Assembly: GCA_964016885.1 (NCBI GenBank)
Contig: OZ024756.1
Location: 43,028,001-43,092,000, forward strand
Direction of reading: 5' to 3'
Source: Eledone cirrhosa
Lineage: Eukaryota
DNA: 64,000 nucleotides
A program made the position numbers and the translations under genes. Numbering within the stretch: position 1 is the first letter of the stretch; each line of letters opens with the position of its first letter. The notes under the pieces were generated by a model. The model was given only the letters and a program-made list of their open reading frames with translations, was not told where the DNA came from and searched no databases. This document shows, piece after piece, positions 1-18,000 of the stretch.

Positions 1-3000
1 ACACTAGAGACAGATACTGGACACACACTAGAGACAGATATTGGACACACACACTAGAGACAGACATTGGATACACACTACAGACAGACATTGGACACAC
101 ATTAGAGACAGACATTGGACACACACTAGAGACAGACATTGGACACACACCAGAGACAGACATTGGACACACACTAGAGACAGACATTGGGGACACACAC
201 TAGAGACAGACATTGGACACACACTAGAGACAGACATTGGACAAACACTAGAGACAGACATTGGACACACACTAGAGACAGACATTGGACACACACTAGA
301 GACAGACATTGGACACACACTAGAGACAGACATGGGACACCCACTAGTGACAGATATTGGACACACACTAGAGACAGACATTGGACACACACTAGAGACA
401 GACATTGGACACACACTAGAGACAGACATTGGACACACACTAGAGACAGACATTGGACACACACTAGAGACAGACATGGGACACACACTAGTGACAGATA
501 TTGCACACACACTAGAGACAGACATTGGACACACACTAGAGACAGACATTGGACAAACACTAGAGACAGACATTGGACACACACTAGAGACAGACATTGG
601 ACACACACTAGAGACAGACATTGGACACACACTAGAGACAGACATGGGACACACACTAGTGACAGATATTGCACACACACTAGAGACAGACATTGGACGC
701 ACACTAGAGACAGACATTGGACACACACCAAAGAAACAGACATTGGACGCACACTAGAGACAGACATTGGACACACACTAGATACAGACATTGGACACAC
801 ACTAGAGACAGACATTGGACACACACACTAGAGACAGACATTGGACACACACACTAGAGACGGACATTGGACACACACTAGTGACAGACATTGGACACAC
901 ACTAGAGACAGACATTGGACACACAATAGAAACAGACATTGGACACACACTAGAGATAGACATTGGACACACACTAGAGACAGACATTGGACACACACTT
1001 GAGACAGACATTGGACACACACACTAGTGACAGACATTGGACACACACTAGAGACAGACATTGGACACACACCAGAGCCAGACATTGGACACACTCACTA
1101 GAGACAGACATTGGACACACACTAGAGACAGACATTGGACACATACTAGAGACAGACATTGGATACACACTACAGACAGACATTGGACACACACTAGAGA
1201 CAGACATTGGACACACACTAGAGACAGACATTGGACACACACCAGAGACAGACATTGGACACACACTAGAGACAGACATTGGACATACACACTAGAGACA
1301 GACATTGGACACACACTAGAGACAGACATTGGACACACACTAGAGACAGACATTGGACACACACTAGAGACAGACATGGGACACACACTAGTGACAGATA
1401 TTGGACACACACTAGAGACAGACATTGGACACACACTAGAGACAGACATTGGACACACACTTGAGACAGACACTGGACACACACACTAGTGACATATATT
1501 GGACACACACTAGAGACAGACATTGGACAAACGCTAGAGACAGACATTGGACACACACCAGAGACAGACATTGGACACACACACTAGAGACAGACATTGG
1601 ACACACACTAGAGACAGACATTGGACAAACACTAGAGACAGACATTGGACACACACTAGAGACAGACATTGGACACACACTAGAGACAGACATTGGACAC
1701 ACACTAGAGACAGACATGGGACACACACTAGTGACAGATATTGCACACACACTAGAGACAGACATTGGACACACACTAGAGACAGACATTGGACACACAC
1801 CAAAGACAGACATTGGACACACACAAGAGACAGACATTGGACACACATTAGAGACAGACATTGGACAAACACTAGAAACAGACATTGGACACACAATAGA
1901 AACAGACATTGGACACACACTAGAGATAGACATTGGACACACACTAGAGACAGAGATTGGATACACACTAGAAACAGACATTGGACACACACACTAGAGA
2001 CAGACATTGGACACACACTAGAGACAGACATTGGATACACACACTAGAGTCAGACATTGGACACACACTAGAGACAGACATTGGACACACACTTGAGACA
2101 GACATTGGACACACACACTAGTGACATATATTGGACACACACTAGAGACAGACATTGGACACACACTAGAGACAGACATTGGACGCACACTAGTGACAGA
2201 CATTGGACACACACTAGATACAGACATTGGACACACACTAGAGACAGACATTGGACACACACACTAGAGACAGACATTGGACACACACACTAGAGACGGA
2301 CATTGGGGACACACTAGTGACAGACATTGGACACACACTAGAGACAGACATTGGACACACACTAGAGACAGACATTGGACACACACTAGAGACAGACATT
2401 GGACACACACTAGATACAGACATTGGACACACACTAGAGACAGACATTGGACACACACTAGAGACAGACATTGGAAACACACTAGAGACAGACATTGGAC
2501 AGACACTAGAGACAGACATTGGACACACACACTAGAGACAGACCTTGGACACACACACTAGAGACAGACATTGGACACACACTAGAGACAGACATTGGAC
2601 ACACACTAGAGACAGACATTGGACACACACTAGAGACAGACATTGTACACACACTAGAGACAGACATTGGACACACACTAGATACAGACATTGGACACAC
2701 ACTAGGGACAGACATTGGACACACACTAGAGACAGACATTGGACACACACACTAGAGACAGACATTGGACACACACTAGAGACAGACATTGGACACACAC
2801 TAGAGACAGACATTGGACACACACTTGAGACAGACATTGGACACACACACTAGTGACATATATTGGACACACACTAGAGACAGACATTGGACACACACGA
2901 GAGACAGACATTGGACACACACTAGAGACAGACATTGGACACACACTAGAGACAGACATTGGACACACACTAGAGACAGACATTGGACACACACTAGAGA

Positions 3001-6000
3001 CAGACATTGGACACACACTAGAGACAGATACTGGACACACACAAGAGACAGATATTGGACACACACACTAGAGACAGACATTGGATACACACTACAGACA
3101 GACATTGGACACACACTAGAGACAGACATTGGACACACACTAGAGACAGACATTGGACACACACCAGAGACAGACATTGGACACACACTAGAGACAGACA
3201 TTGGACACACACACTAGAGACAGAAATTAGACACACACTAGAGACAGACATTGGACACACACTAGAGACAGACATTGGACAAACACTAGAGACAGACATT
3301 GGACACACACTAGAGACAGACATTGGACACACACTAGAGACAGACATTGGACACACACTAGAGACAGACATGGGACACACACACTAGAGACAGACATTGG
3401 ACACACACTAGAGACAGACATTGGACAAACACTAGAGACAGACATTGGACACACACTAGAGACAGACATTGGACACACACTAGAGACAGACATTGGACAC
3501 ACACTAGAGACAGACATGGGACACACACTAGTGACAGATATTGCACACACACTAGAGACAGACATTGGACGCACACTAGAGACAGACATTGGACACACAC
3601 CAAAGACAGACATTGGACACACACAAGAGACAGACATTGGACACACATTAGAGACAGAGATTGCATACACACTAGAAACAGACATTGGACACACAATAGA
3701 AACAGACAATGGACACACACTAGAGATAGACATTGGACACACACTAGAGACAGACATTGGATACACACTAGAAACAGACATTGGACACACACACTAGAGA
3801 CAGACATTGGACACACACTAGAGACAGACATTGGATACACACACTAGAGTCAGACATTGGACACACACTAGAGACAGACATTGGACACACACTTGAGACA
3901 GACATTGGACACACACACTAGTGACATATATTGGACACACACTAGAGACAGACATTGGACACACACTAGAGACAGACATTGGACGCACACTAGAGACAGA
4001 CATTGGACACACACTAGATACAGACATTGGACACACACTAGTGACAGACATTGGACACACACTAGAGACAGACATTGGACACACACTAGAGACAGACATT
4101 GGACACACACTAGATACAGACGTTGGACACACACTAGAGACAGACATTGGACACACACTAGAGACAGACATTGGAAACACACTAGAGACAGACATTGGAC
4201 AGACACTAGAGACAGACATTGGACACACACACTAGAGACAGACCTTGGACACACACACTAGAGACAGACATTGGACACACACTAGAGACAGACATTTACA
4301 CACACTAGAGACAGACATTGGACACACACTAGAGACAGACATTGTACACACACTAGAGACAGACATTGGACACACACTAGATACAGACATTGGACACACA
4401 CTAGAGACAGACATTGGACACACACACTAGAGACAGACATTGGACACACACACTAGAGACAGACATTGGACACACACTAGAGACAGACATTGGACACACA
4501 CTAGTGACAGACATTGGACACACACTAGATACAGACGTTGGACACACACTAGAGACAGACATTGGACACACACTAGAGACAGACATTGGACACACACTAG
4601 AGACAGACATTGGACACACACTAGATACAGACGTTGGACACACACTAGAGACAGACATTGGACACACACTAGAGACAGACATTGGACACACACTAGAGAC
4701 AGACATGGGACACCCACTAGTGACAGATATTGGACACACACTAGAGACAGACATTGGACACACACTAGAGACAGACATTGGACACACACTAGAGACAGAC
4801 ATTGGACACACCCTAGAGACAGACATTGGACACACACTAGAGACAGACATTGGACACACACTAGAGACGGACATTGGACACACACTAGAGACAGATACTG
4901 GACACACACTAGAGACAGATATTGGACACACACTCGATACAGACATTGGACACACACTAGAGACAGACATTGGATACACACTAGAGACAGACATTGGACA
5001 CACACTAGAGACAGACATTGGACACACACTACAGACAGACATTGGACACACACTAGATACAGACATTGGACACACACTAGAGACAGAAATTGGACACACA
5101 CACTAGAGACAGACTTTGGACACACACTAGAGACAGACATTGGACACACACTAGAGACAGATACTGGACAAACAGTAGAGACAGATATTGGACACACACT
5201 AGATACAGACATTGGACACACACTAGAGACAGACATTGGATACACACTAGAGACAGACATTGGACACACACTAGAGACAGACATTGGACACACACTACAG
5301 ACAGACATTGGACACACACTAGATACAGACATTGGACACACACTAGAGACAGAAATTGGACACACACACTAGAGACAGACATTGGACACACACACTAGAG
5401 ACGGACATTGGACACACACTAGTGACAGACATTGGACACACACTAGAGACAGACATTGGACACACACTAGAGACAGACATTGGACACACACACTAGAGAC
5501 AGACATTGGACACACACACTAGAGACGGACATTGGACACACACTAGTGACAGACATTGGACACACACTAGAGACAGACATTGGACACACACTAGAGACAG
5601 ACATTGGACACACACTAGAGCCAGACATTGGACACACACTAGATACAGACATTGGACACACACTAGAGACAGACATTGGACACACACTAGAGACAGACAT
5701 TGGAAACACACTAGAGACAGACATTGGACAGACACTAGAGACAGACATTGGACACACACACTAGAGACAGACCTTGGACACACACACTAGAGACAAACAT
5801 TGGACACACACTAGAGACAGACATTGGACACACACTAGAGACAGACATTGGACACACACTTGAGACAGACATTGGACACACACACTAGTGACATATATTG
5901 GACACACACTAGAGACAGACATTGGACACACACTAGAGACAGACATTCGACACACACTAGTGACATATATTGGACACACACTAGAGACAGACATTGGACA

Positions 6001-9000
6001 CACACTAGAGACAGACATGGGACACCCACTAGTGACAGATATTGGACACACACTAGAGACAGACATTGGACACACACTAGAGACAGACATTGGACACACA
6101 CTTGAGACAGACATTGGACACACACACTAGTGACATATATTGGACACACACTAGAGACAGACATTGGACACACGCTAGAGACAGACATTGGACACACACC
6201 AGAGACAGACATTGGACACACACACTAGAGACAGACATTGGACACACACTAGAGACAGACATTGGACACACACTAGAGACAGACATTGGACACACACTAG
6301 AGACAGACATGGGACACACACTAGTGACAGATATTGCACACACACTAGAGACAGACATTGGACGCACACTAGAGACAGACATTGGACACACACCAAAGAC
6401 AGACATTGGACACACACAAGAGACAGACATTGGACACACATTAGAGACAGAGATTGGATACACACTAGAAACAGACATTGGACACACAATAGAAACAGAC
6501 ATTGGACACACACTAGAGATAGACATTGGACACACACTAGAGACAGACATTGGTCGCACACTAGAGACAGACATTGGACACACACTAGATACAGACATTG
6601 GACACACACTAGTGACAGACATTGGACACACACTAGAGACAGACATTGGACACACACTAGAGACAGACATTGGACACACACTAGAGACAGACATTGGACA
6701 CACACTAGATACAGACGTTGGACACACACTAGAGACAGACATTGGACACACACTAGAGACAGACATTGGAAACACACTAGAGACAGACATTGGACAGACA
6801 CTAGAGACAGACATTGGACACACACACTAGAGACAGACCTTGGACACACACACTAGAGACAGACATTGGACACACACTAGAGACAGACATTGGACACACA
6901 CTAGAGACAGACATTGGACACACACTAGAGACAGACATTGGACGCACACTAGAGACAGACATTGGACACACACCAAAGAAACAGACATTGGACACACACA
7001 AGAGACAGACATTGGACACACATTAGAGACAGAGATTGGATACACACTAGAAACAGACATTGGACACACAATAGAAACAGACATTGGACACACACTAGAG
7101 ATAGACATTGGACACACACTAGAGACAGACATTGGATACACACTAGAAACAGACATTGGACACACACACTAGAGACAGACATTGGACACACACTAGAGAC
7201 AGACATTGGATACACACGCTAGAGTCAGACATTGGACACACACTAGAGACAGACATTGGACACACACTTGAGACAGACATTGGACACACACACTAGTGAC
7301 ATATATTGGACACACACTAGAGATAGACATTGGACACACACTAGAGACAGACATTGGACGCACACTAGAGACAGACATTGGACACACACTAGATACAGAC
7401 ATTGGACACACACTAGTGACAGACATTGGACACACACTAGAGACAGACATTGGACACACACTAGAGACAGACATTGGACACACACTAGATACAGACGTTG
7501 GACACACACTAGAGACAGACATTGGACACACACTAGAGACAGACATTGGACACACACTAGAGACAGACATTGGACACACACTAGAGACAGACATTGTACA
7601 CACACTAGAGACAGACATTGGACACACACTAGATACAGACATTGGACACACACTAGAGACAGACATTGGACACACACACTAGAGACAGACATTGGACACA
7701 CACACTAGAGACAGACATTGGACACACACTAGAGACAGACATTGGACACACACTAGTGACAGACATTGGACACACACTAGATACAGACATTGGACACACA
7801 CTAGAGACAGACATTGGACACACACTAGAGACAGACATTGGACACACACTAGAGACAGACATTGGACACACACTAGATACAGACGTTGGACACACACTAG
7901 AGACAGACATTGGACACACACTAGAGACAGACATTGGACACACACTAGAGACAGACATGGGACACCCACTAGTGACAGATATTGGACACACACTAGAGAC
8001 AGACATTGGACACACACTAGAGACAGACATTGGACACACACTAGAGACAGACATTGGACACACCCTAGAGACAGACATTGTACACACACTAGAGACAGAC
8101 ATTGGACACACACTAGAGACAGACATTGGACACACACTAGAGACAGATACTGGACACACACTAGAGACAGATATTGGACACACACTAGAGACAGACATTG
8201 GACACACACTACAGACAGACATTGGACACACACTAGAGACAGACATTGGACACACACTACAGACAGACATTGGACACACACTAGATACAGACATTGGACA
8301 CACACTAGAGACAGAAATTGGACACACACACTAGAGACAGACATTGGACACACACTAGAGACAGACATTGGACACACACTAGAGACAGATACTGGACACA
8401 CAGTAGAGACAGATATTGGACACACACTAGATACAGACATTGGACACACACTAGAGACAGACATTGGATACACACTAGAGACAGACATTGGACACACACT
8501 AGAGACAGACATTGGACACACACTACAGACAGACATTGGACACACACTAGATACAGACATTGGACACACACTAGAGACAGAAATTGGACACACACACTAG
8601 AGACAGACATTGGACACACACACTAGAGACGGACATTGGACACACACTAGTGAGAGACATTGGACACACACTAGAGACAGACATTGGACACACACTAGAG
8701 ACAGACATTGGACACACACACTAGAGACAGACATTGGACACACACACTAGAGACGGACATTGGACACACACTAGTGACAGACATTGGACACACACTAGAG
8801 ACAGACATTGGACACACACTAGAGACAGACATTGGACACACACTAGAGACAGACATTGGACACACACTAGATACAGACATTGGACACACACTAGAGACAG
8901 ACATTGGACACACACTAGAGACAGACATTGGAAACACACTAGAGACAGACATTGGACAGACATTAGAGACAGACATTGGACACACACACTAGAGACAGAC

Positions 9001-12000
9001 CTTGGACACACACACTAGAGACAGACATTGGACACACACTAGAGACAGACATTGGACACACACTAGAGACAGACATTGTACACACACTAGAGACAGACAT
9101 TGGACACACACTAGATACAGACATTGGACACACACTAGGGACAGACATTGGACACACACTAGAGACAGACATTGGACACACACACTAGAGACAGACATTG
9201 GACACACACTAGAGACAGACATTGGACACACACTAGAGACAGACATTGGACACACACTTGAGACAGACATTGGACACACACACTAGTGACATATATTGGA
9301 CACACACTAGAGACAGACATTGGACACACACTAGAGACAGACATTGGACACACACTAGAGACAGACATTGGACACACACTAGAGACAGACATTGGACACA
9401 CACTAGAGACAGACATTGGACACACACTAGAGACAGACATTGGACACACACTAGAGACATATACTGGACACACACAAGAGACAGATATTGGACACACACA
9501 CTAGAGACAGACATTGGATACACACTACAGACAGACATTGGACACACACTAGAGACAGACATTGGACACACACTAGAGACAGACATTGGACACACACCAG
9601 AGACAGACATTGGACACACACTAGAGACAGACATTGGACACACACACTAGAGACAGACATTGGACACACACTAGAGACAGACATTGGACACACACTAGAG
9701 ACAGACATTGGACAAACACTAGAGACAGACATTGGACACACACTAGAGACAGACATTGGACACACACTAGAGACAGACATGGGACACCCACTAGTGACAG
9801 ATATTGGACACACACTAGAGACAGACATTGGACACACACTAGAGACAGACATTGGACACACACTAGAGACAGACATTGGATACACACTACAGACAGACAT
9901 TGGACACACACTAGTGACATATATTGGACACACACTAGAGACAGACATTGGACACACGCTAGTGACAGACATTGGACACACACCAGAGACAGACATTGGA
10001 CACACACACTAGAGACAGACATTGGACACACACTAGAGACAGACATTGGACAAACACTAGAGACAGACATTGGACACACACTAGAGACAGACATTGGACA
10101 CACACTAGAGACAGACATTGGACGCACACTAGAGACAGACATTGGACACACACCAAAGACAGACATTGGACACACACAAGAGACAGACATTGGACACACA
10201 TTAGAGACAGAGATTGGATACACACTAGAAACAGACATTGGACACACAATAGAAACAGACATTGGACACACACTAGAGATAGACATTGGACACACACTAG
10301 AGACAGACATTGGATACACACTAGAAACAGACATTGGACACACACACTAGAGACAGACATTGGACACACACTAGAGACAGACATTGGACACACACTAGAG
10401 ACAGACATTGGTCGCACACTAGAGACAGACATTGGACACACACTAGATACAGACATTGGACACACACTAGTGACAGACATTGGACACACACTAGAGACAG
10501 ACATTGGACACACACTAGAGACAGACATTGGACACACACTGGAGACAGACATTGGACACACACTAGATACAGACGTTGGACACACACTAGAGACAGACAT
10601 TGGACACACACTAGAGACAGACATTGGAAACACACTAGAGACAGACATTGGACAGACACTAGAGACAGACATTGGACACACACACTAGAGACAGACCTTG
10701 GACACACACACTAGAGACAGACATTGGACACACACTAGAGACAGACATTGGACACACACTAGAGACAGACATTGGACACACACTAGAGACAGACATTGGA
10801 CGCACACTAGAGACAGACATTGGACACACACCAAAGACAGACATTGGACACACACAAGAGACAGACATTGGACACACATTAGAGACAGAGATTGGATACA
10901 CACTAGAAACAGACATTGGACACACAATAGAAACAGACATTGGACACACACTAGAGATAGACATTGGACACACACTAGAGACAGACATTGGATACACACT
11001 AGAAACAGACATTGGACACACACACTAGAGACAGACATTGGACACACACTAGAGACAGACATTGGATGCACACACTAGAGTCAGACATTGGACACACACT
11101 AGAGACAGACATTGGACACACACTTGAGACAGACATTGGACACACACACTAGTGACATATATTGGACACACACTAGAGACAGACATTGGACACACACTAG
11201 AGACAGACATTGGACGCACACTAGAGACAGACATTGGACACACACTAGATACAGACAGTGGACACACACTAGTGACAGACATTGGACACACACTAGAGAC
11301 AGACATTGGACACACACTAGAGACAGACATTGGACACACACTAGATACAGACGTTGGACACACACTAGAGACAGACATTGGACACACACTAGAGACAGAC
11401 ATTGGACACACACTAGAGACAGACATTGGACACACACTAGAGACAGACATTGTACACACACTAGAGACAGACATTGGACACACACTAGATACAGACATTG
11501 GACACACACTAGAGACAGACATTGGACACACACACTAGAGACAGACATTGGACACACACACTAGAGACAGACATTGGACACACACTAGAGACAGACATTG
11601 GACACACACTAGTGACAGACATTGGACACACACTAGATACAGACATTGGACACACACTAGAGACAGACATTGGACACACACTAGAGACAGACATTGGACA
11701 CACACTAGAGACAGACATTGGACACACACTAGATACAGACGTTGGACACACACTAGAGACAGACATTGGACACACACTAGAGACAGACATTGGACACACA
11801 CTAGAGACAGACATGGGACACCCACTAGTGACAGATATTGGACACACACTAGAGACAGACATTGGACACACACTAGAGACAGACATTGGACACACACTAG
11901 AGACAGACATTGGACACACCCTAGAGACAGACATTGTACACACACTAGAGACAGACATTGGACACACACTAGAGACAGACATTGGACACACACTAGAGAC

Positions 12001-15000
12001 AGATACTGGACACACACTAGAGACAGATATTGGACACACACTAGAGACAGACATTGGACACACACTACAGACAGACATTGGACACACACTAGAGACAGAC
12101 ATTGGACACACACTACAGACAGACATTGGACACACACTAGATACATACAGACATTGGACACACACTAGAGACAGAAATTGGACACACACACTAGAGACAG
12201 ACATTGGACACACACTAGAGACAGACATTGGACACACACTAGAGACAGATACTGGACACACAGTAGAGACAGATATTGGACACACACTAGATACAGACAT
12301 TGGACACACACTAGAGACAGACATTGGATACACACTAGAGACAGACATTGGACACACACTAGAGACAGACATTGGACACACACTACAGACAGACATTGGA
12401 CACACACTAGATACAGACATTGGACACACACTAGAGACAGAAATTGGACACACACACTAGAGACAGACATTGGACACACACACTAGAGACGGACATTGGA
12501 CACACACTAGTGAGAGACATTGGACACACACTAGAGACAGACATTGGACACACACTAGAGACAGACATTGGACACACACACTAGAGACAGACATTGGACA
12601 CACACACTAGAGACGGACATTGGACACACACTAGTGACAGACATTGGACACACACTAGAGACAGACATTGGACACACACTAGAGACAGACATTGGACACA
12701 CACTAGAGACAGACATTAGACACACACTAGATACAGACATTGGACACACACTAGAGACAGACATTGGACACACACTAGAGACAGACATTGGAAACACACT
12801 AGAGACAGACATTGGACAGACATTAGAGACAGACATTGGACACACACACTAGAGACAGACCTTGGACACACACACTAGAGACAGACATTGGACACACACT
12901 AGAGACAGACATTGGACACACACTAGAGACAGACATTGTACACACACTAGAGACAGACATTGGACACACACTAGATACAGACATTGGACACACACTAGGG
13001 ACAGACATTGGACACACACTAGAGACAGACATTGGACACACACACTAGAGACAGACATTGGACACACACTAGAGACAGACATTGGACACACACTAGAGAC
13101 AGACATTGGACACACACTTGAGACAGACATTGGACACACACACTAGTGACATATATTGGACACACACTAGAGACAGACATTGGACACACACTAGAGACAG
13201 ACATTGGACACACACTAGAGACAGACATTGGACACACACTAGAGACAGACATTGGACACACACTAGAGACAGACATTGGACACACACTAGAGACAGACAT
13301 TGGACACACACTAGAGACATATACTGGACACACACAAGAGACAGATATTGGACACACACACTAGAGACAGACATTGGATACACACTACAGACAGACATTG
13401 GACACACACTAGAGACAGACATTGGACACACACTAGAGACAGACATTGGACACACACTAGAGACAGACATTGGACACACACACTAGAGACAGACATTGGA
13501 CACACACTAGAGACAGACATTGGACACACACTAGAGACAGACATTGGACAAACACTAGAGACAGACATTGGACACACACTAGAGACAGACATTGGACACA
13601 CACTAGAGACAGACATTGGACACACACTAGAGACAGACATTGGACACACACTAGAGACAGACATGGGACACCCACTAGTGACAGATATTGGACACACACT
13701 AGAGACAGACATTGGACACACACTAGAGACAGACATTGGACACACACTTGAGACAGACATTGGACACACACACTAGTGACATATATTGGACACACACTAG
13801 AGACAGACATTGGACACACGCTAGTGACAGACATTGGACACACACCAGAGACAGACATTGGACACACACACTAGAGACAGACATTGGACACACACTAGAG
13901 ACAGACATTGGACAAACACTAGAGACAGACATTGGACACACACTAGAGACAGACATTGGACACACACTAGAGACAGACATTGGACACACACTAGAGACAG
14001 ACATGGGACACACACTAGTGACAGATATTGCACACACACTAGAGACAGACATTGGACGCACACTAGAGACAGACATTGGACACACATTAGAGACAGAGAT
14101 TGGATACACACTAGAAACAGACATTGGACACACAATAGAAACAGACATTGGACACACACACTAGAGACAGACATTGGACACACACTAGAGACAGACATTG
14201 GACACACACACTAGAGTCAGACATTGGACACACCCTAGATACAGACATTGGACACACACTAGAGACAGACATTGGACACACACAAGAGACAGACATTGGA
14301 CACACATTAGAGACAGAGATTGGATACACACTAGAAACAGACATTGGACACACAATAGAAACAGACATTGGACACACACTAGAGATAGACATTGGACACA
14401 CACTAGAGACAGACATTGGATACACACTAGAAACAGACATTGGACACACACACTAGAGACAGACATTGGACACACACTAGAGACAGACATTGGATACACA
14501 CACTAGAGTCAGACATTGGACACACACTAGAGACAGACATTGGACACACACTTGAGACAGACATTGGACACACACACTAGTGACATATATTGGACACACA
14601 CTAGAGACAGACATTGGACACACACTAGAGACAGACATTGGACGCACACTAGAGACAGACATTGGACACACACTAGATACAGACAGTGGACACACACTAG
14701 TGACAGACATTGGACACACACTAGAGACAGACATTGGACACACACTAGAGACAGACATTGGACACACACTAGATACAGACGTTGGACACACACTAGAGAC
14801 AGACATTGGACACACACTAGAGACAGACATTGGACACACACTAGAGACAGACATTGGACACACACTAGAGACAGACATTGTACACACACTAGAGACAGAC
14901 ATTGGACACACACTAGATACAGACATTGGACACACACTAGAGACAGACATTGGACACACACACTAGAGACAGACATTGGACACACACACTAGAGACAGAC

Positions 15001-18000
15001 ATTGGACACACACTAGAGACAGACATTGGACACACACTAGTGACAGACATTGGACACACACTAGATACAGACATTGGACACACACTAGAGACAGACATTG
15101 GACACACACTAGAGACAGACATTGGACACACACTAGAGACAGACATTGGACACACACTAGATACAGACGTTGGACACACACTAGAGACAGACATTGGACA
15201 CACACTAGAGACAGACATTGGACACACACTAGAGACAGACATGGGACACCCACTAGTGACAGATATTGGACACACACTAGAGACAGACATTGGACACACA
15301 CTAGAGACAGACATTGGACACACACTAGAGACAGACATTGGACACACCCTAGAGACAGACATTGTACACACACTAGAGACAGACATTGGACACACACTAG
15401 AGACAGACATTGGACACACACTAGAGACAGATACTGGACACACACTAGAGACAGATATTGGACACACACTAGAGACAGACATTGGACACACACTACAGAC
15501 AGACATTGGACACACACTAGAGACAGACATTGGACACACACTACAGACAGACATTGGACACACACTAGATACAGACATTGGACACACACTAGAGACAGAA
15601 ATTGGACACACACACTAGAGACAGACATTGGACACACACTAGAGACAGACATTGGACACACACTAGAGACAGATACTGGACACACAGTAGAGACAGATAT
15701 TGGACACACACTAGATACAGACATTGGACACACACTAGAGACAGACATTGGATACACACTAGAGACAGACATTGGACACACACTAGAGACAGACATTGGA
15801 CACACACTACAGACAGACATTGGACACACACTAGATACAGACATTGGACACACACTAGAGACAGAAATTGGACACACACACTAGAGACAGACATTGGACA
15901 CACACACTAGAGACGGACATTGGACACACACTAGTGAGAGACATTGGACACACACTAGAGACAGACATTGGACACACACTAGAGACAGACATTGGACACA
16001 CACACTAGAGACAGACATTGGACACACACACTAGAGACGGACATTGGACACACACTAGTGACAGACATTGGACACACACTAGAGACAGACATTGGACACA
16101 CACTAGAGACAGACATTGGACACACACTAGAGACAGACATTAGACACACACTAGATACAGACATTGGACACACACTAGAGACAGACATTGGACACACACT
16201 AGAGACAGACATTGGAAACACACTAGAGACAGACATTGGACAGACATTAGAGACAGACATTGGACACACACACTAGAGACAGACCTTGGACACACACACT
16301 AGAGACAGACATTGGACACACACTAGAGACAGACATTGGACACACACTAGAGACAGACATTGTACACACACTAGAGACAGACATTGGACACACACTAGAT
16401 ACAGACATTGGACACACACTAGGGACAGACATTGGACACACACTAGAGACAGACATTGGACACACACACTAGAGACAGACATTGGACACACACTAGAGAC
16501 AGACATTGGACACACACTAGAGACAGACATTGGACACACACTTGAGACAGACATTGGACACACACACTAGTGACATATATTGGACACACACTAGAGACAG
16601 ACATTGGACACACACTAGAGACAGACATTGGACACACACTAGAGACAGACATTGGACACACACTAGAGACAGACATTGGACACACACTAGAGACAGACAT
16701 TGGACACACACTAGAGACAGACATTGGACACACACTAGAGACATATACTGGACACACACAAGAGACAGATATTGGACACACACACTAGAGACAGACATTG
16801 GATACACACTACAGACAGACATTGGACACACACTAGAGACAGACATTGGACACACACTAGAGACAGACATTGGACACACACTAGAGACAGACATTGGACA
16901 CACACACTAGAGACAGACATTGGACACACACTAGAGACAGACATTGGACACACACTAGAGACAGACATTGGACAAACACTAGAGACAGACATTGGACACA
17001 CACTAGAGACAGACATTGGACACACACTAGAGACAGACATTGGACACACACTAGAGACAGACATGGGACACCCACTAGTGACAGATATTGGACACACACT
17101 AGAGACAGACATTGGACACACACTAGAGACAGACATTGGACACACACTTGAGACAGACATTGGACACACACACTAGTGACATATATTGGACACACACTAG
17201 AGACAGACATTGGACACACGCTAGTGACAGACATTGGACACACACCAGAGACAGACATTGGACACACACACTAGAGACAGACATTGGACACACACTAGAG
17301 ACAGACATTGGACAAACACTAGAGACAGACATTGGACACACACTAGAGACAGACATTGGACACACACTAGAGACAGACATTGGACACACACTAGAGACAG
17401 ACATGGGACACACACTAGTGACAGATATTGCACACACACTAGAGACAGACATTGGACGCACACTAGAGACAGACATTGGACACACATTAGAGACAGAGAT
17501 TGGATACACACTAGAAACAGACATTGGACACACAATAGAAACAGACATTGGACACACACACTAGAGACAGACATTGGACACACACTAGAGACAGACATTG
17601 GACACACACACTAGAGTCAGACATTGGACACACACTAGATACAGACATTGGACACACACTAGAGACAGACATTGGACACACACAAGAGACAGACATTGGA
17701 CACACATTAGAGACAGAGATTGGATACACACTAGAAACAGACATTGGACACACAATAGAAACAGACATTGGACACACACTAGAGATAGACATTGGACACA
17801 CACTAGAGACAGACATTGGATACACACTAGAAACAGACATTGGACACACACACTAGAGACAGACATTGGACACACACTAGAGACAGACATTGGATACACA
17901 CACTAGAGTCAGACATTGGACACACACTAGAGACAGACATTGGACACACACTTGAGACAGACATTGGACACACACACTAGTGACATATATTGGACACACA

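Noticed and set aside
12141-12150. Singleton indels such as the 4-bp ATAC insertion here and the 23-bp unit near 4283-4305
   Set aside because: They are absent from paralogous copies, so they cannot be told apart from sequencing or consensus error without reads.
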